From a bacterium (lineage in GTDB: Bacteria; Hinthialibacterota; Hinthialibacteria; Hinthialibacterales; Hinthialibacteraceae): a stretch of DNA of 52,426 nucleotides. Under the pieces are notes generated by a model, which saw only the letters and a list, made by a program, of their open reading frames with translations, ran no database searches and was not told the origin of the DNA. Shown here one piece after another: positions 49,517 through 52,426 of this stretch (the first letter of the stretch is position 1; each line of letters starts with the position of its first letter). Position numbers and translations under genes: made by a program. The stretch is from assembly GCA_041946805.1 (NCBI GenBank), contig JBHGBC010000069.1, forward strand, positions 1 through 52,426, read 5' to 3'.

Positions 49517-50653
49517 GTGGACCGGGTAAGTATATCACTGTTGAGGGAAAAACCGACCGTGACCAGTGTAAGTTCCTTGAAAGAATTGCAACAAGCCGAA
49601 GGAGCCATTCTCGTGGCGCAGGCGGGGCATCTGCTGCCCCTCCATTACGGGGATCCCCACCAGGAATACCGGGCCCTGCGCCAGACGGCTGGCTTGTTGG
49701 ATTTTTCGCACTGGGGAAAGATTACCGTGACCGGTCCCGAACGCAAGGAGTTTCTCCATGGACTGGTCACAAACGAAGTGAAAAGACTGTCGCGCGGGCA
49801 AGGTAACTATTCACTTTTTCTCTCGCCGCAAGGGAAAATCCAAGCCGATTTGTGGGTATTCGACCGGGGGGACGACCTGTTGCTGATCACCTCCGGCGAT
49901 TTACGGCAAATCCTGGTGGACGGCCTGGAGAAATATCTGATCATGGACGACGCCGAAGTGTGCGATCAAAGCGGCGCGTATGTTATGTTCTCCCTCCAGG
50001 GACCGCAAGCCGAAGATTGCCTGGCGCGGGTGGTTGGCCGCGAAGCCCTGCCCAGGGAGGAAAACGGCCTGACCGCCTGCGAGTTCTCCGGCGGGACCGG
50101 CTTCCTCCTGCGCGTTTCGCATACGGGGGAAACGGGATTCGATTGCCTGGTTCCGCCCGTCAGCGGGATCGAATTGTGGATCCGGCTGTTGGAGGCCGGG
50201 GCGCGGCCGGTGGGTTTGCATGCGCTGGATGTGTTGCGCGTCGAGGCGGGAATTCCCCGCTGCGGCAAGGATTTCGACAGCCGGGTGATTCCCCAGGAAG
50301 CCCGGCTGCAACGGGCCTTGTCGTTCACCAAGGGTTGCTACGTCGGCCAGGAAGTGGTGGCGCGGCTGCGTTTTCGCGGGCACGTCAACCGGGAGTGGAC
50401 CGGATTTGTCTTGAAAACCGAGGACCTGCCTCAGGAATCCGTGAAGTTGTGGCATGGCGGCAAGGAGGTGGGGGCGGTCACCAGCGCCTGCTATTCGTAC
50501 ACTCGGGGCGAGATCATCGGTCTCGGATTTTTACGCAGTAAACTGCGGGAGAAGGGCACGGTGACCACCGCCCTGGAAGCGGGCCGCGAATTTCCCGCCG
50601 TGGTGGACGATCTGCCGCTGGTGCCGCCGGCGGGCGGCCGAACGCCATCCTGA
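49517..50653 (+). CDS. YgfZ/GcvT-family folate-binding aminomethyltransferase-like protein
   Basis: GPERKEFLHGLVTN, LSPQGK, RVEAGIP, SFTKGCYVGQEVVAR signature. Confidence 0.92.
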   Translation: MDRVSISLLREKPTVTSVSSLKELQQAEGAILVAQAGHLLPLHYGDPHQEYRALRQTAGLLDFSHWGKITVTGPERKEFLHGLVTNEVKRLSRGQGNYSLFLSPQGKIQADLWVFDRGDDLLLITSGDLRQILVDGLEKYLIMDDAEVCDQSGAYVMFSLQGPQAEDCLARVVGREALPREENGLTACEFSGGTGFLLRVSHTGETGFDCLVPPVSGIELWIRLLEAGARPVGLHALDVLRVEAGIPRCGKDFDSRVIPQEARLQRALSFTKGCYVGQEVVARLRFRGHVNREWTGFVLKTEDLPQESVKLWHGGKEVGAVTSACYSYTRGEIIGLGFLRSKLREKGTVTTALEAGREFPAVVDDLPLVPPAGGRTPS

Positions 50654-51045
50654 GGAACGGAGAGACATGATTACGTCTCATCCGGCGCGTGCGGACCGTT
50701 TCCAGGCGGTGTGAACGGTATCCAATGGATCAAGCCTGAGAGTACCACCCCAACTTCCCTCCCCCATGGGAGAGGGCCACGGCCCCTCATCATCGGCGGG
50801 TAACGCGCTTTTCTCCGGGAGGGCTGGGGTGATCGCCTCATCTCATTCTCCCTCCCCACTTTTACGAGTAGTACATTTCCGGAAAATTTCAGGGGAAGGA
50901 TCCGAATCTACCTCCAGACCAATTAATCGCTTATCTTATTAAATATGAACCCATTAGACTCAATTTACCTGGTTGCCGGCCTGGTGTTTTATGGATGTCC
51001 AACTCCTTATTATCGGAAGTCCGGCAAAAAAAGTTGAAATTTTTA

Positions 51046-51075
51046 TTGACAGGTTTTTCTTTTCTTTGGTAGTAT
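51046..51075 (+). promoter_or_regulatory. Sigma70-type promoter
   Basis: TTGACA-18 bp-TAGTAT with extended -10 TG; A/T-rich upstream element. Confidence 0.6.
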
Positions 51076-51358
51076 AGACGAGTCGATGTGCGAAGCGGTT
51101 CTTTTGTGTTCGTTTTAATCGATTCCGGTTGAGGGTCCCTGAGAAGAGGCCCTATTTTTGTCCCTGGCGGACAGCCGGGATCGGCGCCGAGGAGGGGATC
51201 TGGTTGAAATCCGTACGAAACGCGGACGCGGCGGCGGGAGTTCGCGTCATCCCAAGGCAAAGGAGGTGATCGGAGCAGGTGGCTCCCGTAGGGGCATGGC
51301 TGGTAATGAGGCCAGTTGATGTATGGACAATCAGAAGACAGGTTGGGAGAGATAATTG

Positions 51359-52039
51359 ATGAGTTCTACTGTGCTGAATTTGAGTAGTGAGAGAAGACGG
51401 CAGAGGCCTTCTGCCGACGAGATGCGAAGAAGAGAACAGTTGAAGAACCATCTGACCCGGGTATGGGAAATCGATGAATCCGTGGCCAAGTCGTTTTCCA
51501 AGAAACACGCCTCCTTGATCTTTGACCATGTCATCCGTTCATTGGAAAATCTGGCTCTGTATTTCGAGCATCTGCACTTGGCCCATTACGGGCATTCCAT
51601 CGAGGAACCGGTGTTGCGGCGGGCACTCAACCACACTCTGCGCCGCTTCGCCCGCAGCCAGAGTCCGCTGTCGGACAAGCAGCTGTGCTATTTTCTGCAG
51701 CTGGCCCGCGACGAGGTGGCCAGCAAGCTGACCTCCTGGTGCGATCCCGGCTCCCCGCAGGAGCGGGAGAAGGTTCTGACGCCGCTCAAGCAGGCGTTGA
51801 TTTACGAGGACGACGAGGCGATGAAGAAGCGTTTGCTCTTCATCTATGCGCTCTTCGTGCAGAAGGGCATGCGGCTGGCGAAGCAGAAGGTCATCCAGGC
51901 CTGCACCTCGCACCGCCGCCTGTTCCCGCACCGGCGCGTGGTGGAGGATGCCCTGGAAACGCTGCGGGGCGCCTACGAGGCGCTGGGATTCATCGAGGGT
52001 GAGTTGTTCATCACGCCCGACTACATCTCGTGCAATTGA
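51359..52039 (+). CDS. Hypothetical helical protein (possible highly divergent sigma-factor-like)
   Basis: Clean 226-aa ORF downstream of the promoter; only weak visual similarity to sigma regions 2 and 4. Confidence 0.6.
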   Translation: MSSTVLNLSSERRRQRPSADEMRRREQLKNHLTRVWEIDESVAKSFSKKHASLIFDHVIRSLENLALYFEHLHLAHYGHSIEEPVLRRALNHTLRRFARSQSPLSDKQLCYFLQLARDEVASKLTSWCDPGSPQEREKVLTPLKQALIYEDDEAMKKRLLFIYALFVQKGMRLAKQKVIQACTSHRRLFPHRRVVEDALETLRGAYEALGFIEGELFITPDYISCN

Positions 52040-52300
52040 TGTGTTTTTTGGGGGTGATGGAAGCCCGGAAAGAGGCGGCCCCGCGCCGCCTCTTTCGTTG
52101 GGGGGGGCGGGGACCCCATCAGGAATTCCCCCGCGGGAACGAGGATCATTTCCAGGGATTTCGCCCCCGCGGGAAGATCAAGGGGCAGGATAAGGATTTC
52201 AGGAGCGGATATAAAAAGGAAAGATAGGATTAATATCTAATTGATTGACATATTCAGATCTTTATTTGTAATCATTTGCCGATTTGCAGTAAATCTTTTA

Positions 52301-52347
52301 AGCGCCAACGGCGCGGCATGAGTATAGCCCAGGGCGTAAGCCCTGGG
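52301..52347 (+). repeat. REP-like repeat (GCGCCAACGGCGC...AGCCCAGGGCGTAAGCCCTGGG)
   Basis: Two short hairpins; degenerate copies at 9182-9229 and 40011-40057. Confidence 0.65.
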
Positions 52348-52363
52348 AAAAATACAAAAAAAG

Positions 52364-52426
52364 GGTCCATCCGGCAAGTGCGTACCTGCTGGAGAAAAAA
52401 AGGCATTCCATCCACTCGATGATTCG
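52364..52426. mobile_element. Left end of another MITE copy, truncated by the window edge
   Basis: GGTCCATCCGGCAAGTGCGTAC, then sequence loosely resembling 17801-17830. Confidence 0.55.

Noticed and set aside
1..52426. tRNA, rRNA, known riboswitches, transposases, reverse transcriptase or DGR repeats
   Set aside because: None recognised by eye; tRNAscan-SE and Rfam scans would be needed to exclude them formally.

Overview
About 52 kb of GC-rich bacterial chromosome. LptE and an RND pump suggest a diderm; the taxon cannot be read from sequence alone. Housekeeping genes: uvrB, holA, lptE, ispF, tpiA, galT, purC, efp, dnaA, a ygfZ/gcvT-like gene, elbB, a Na+/H+ antiporter, two GT4 glycosyltransferases and a TetR-AcrA-AcrB pump. 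The window probably spans oriC (DnaA boxes upstream of a dnaA with no adjacent dnaN; visual C-to-G skew switch near 49 kb). Main find: a co-oriented cluster of intact phage-structural genes (32.0-40.8 kb) with scaffold-like, decoration, HK97-type capsid, head-completion, Dit-like, prohead protease, tail/baseplate, holin-like and BppU-like genes. It has no recognisable terminase, portal, tail tube, tape measure, integrase or replication gene. Its protease and scaffold appear split and rearranged, two members carry signal peptides, and host repeats fill most spacers, so it is a candidate domesticated GTA-like or capsid-nanocompartment system. Also seen: a low-GC PARIS-like ABC-ATPase + TOPRIM pair, a complete 250-bp MITE with an 8-bp target duplication, an orphan antitoxin-like gene, several REP/boxC-like repeat families, and a possible divergent sigma-like gene with a coupled leader ORF. 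All family calls come from motif recognition by eye; no searches were run.
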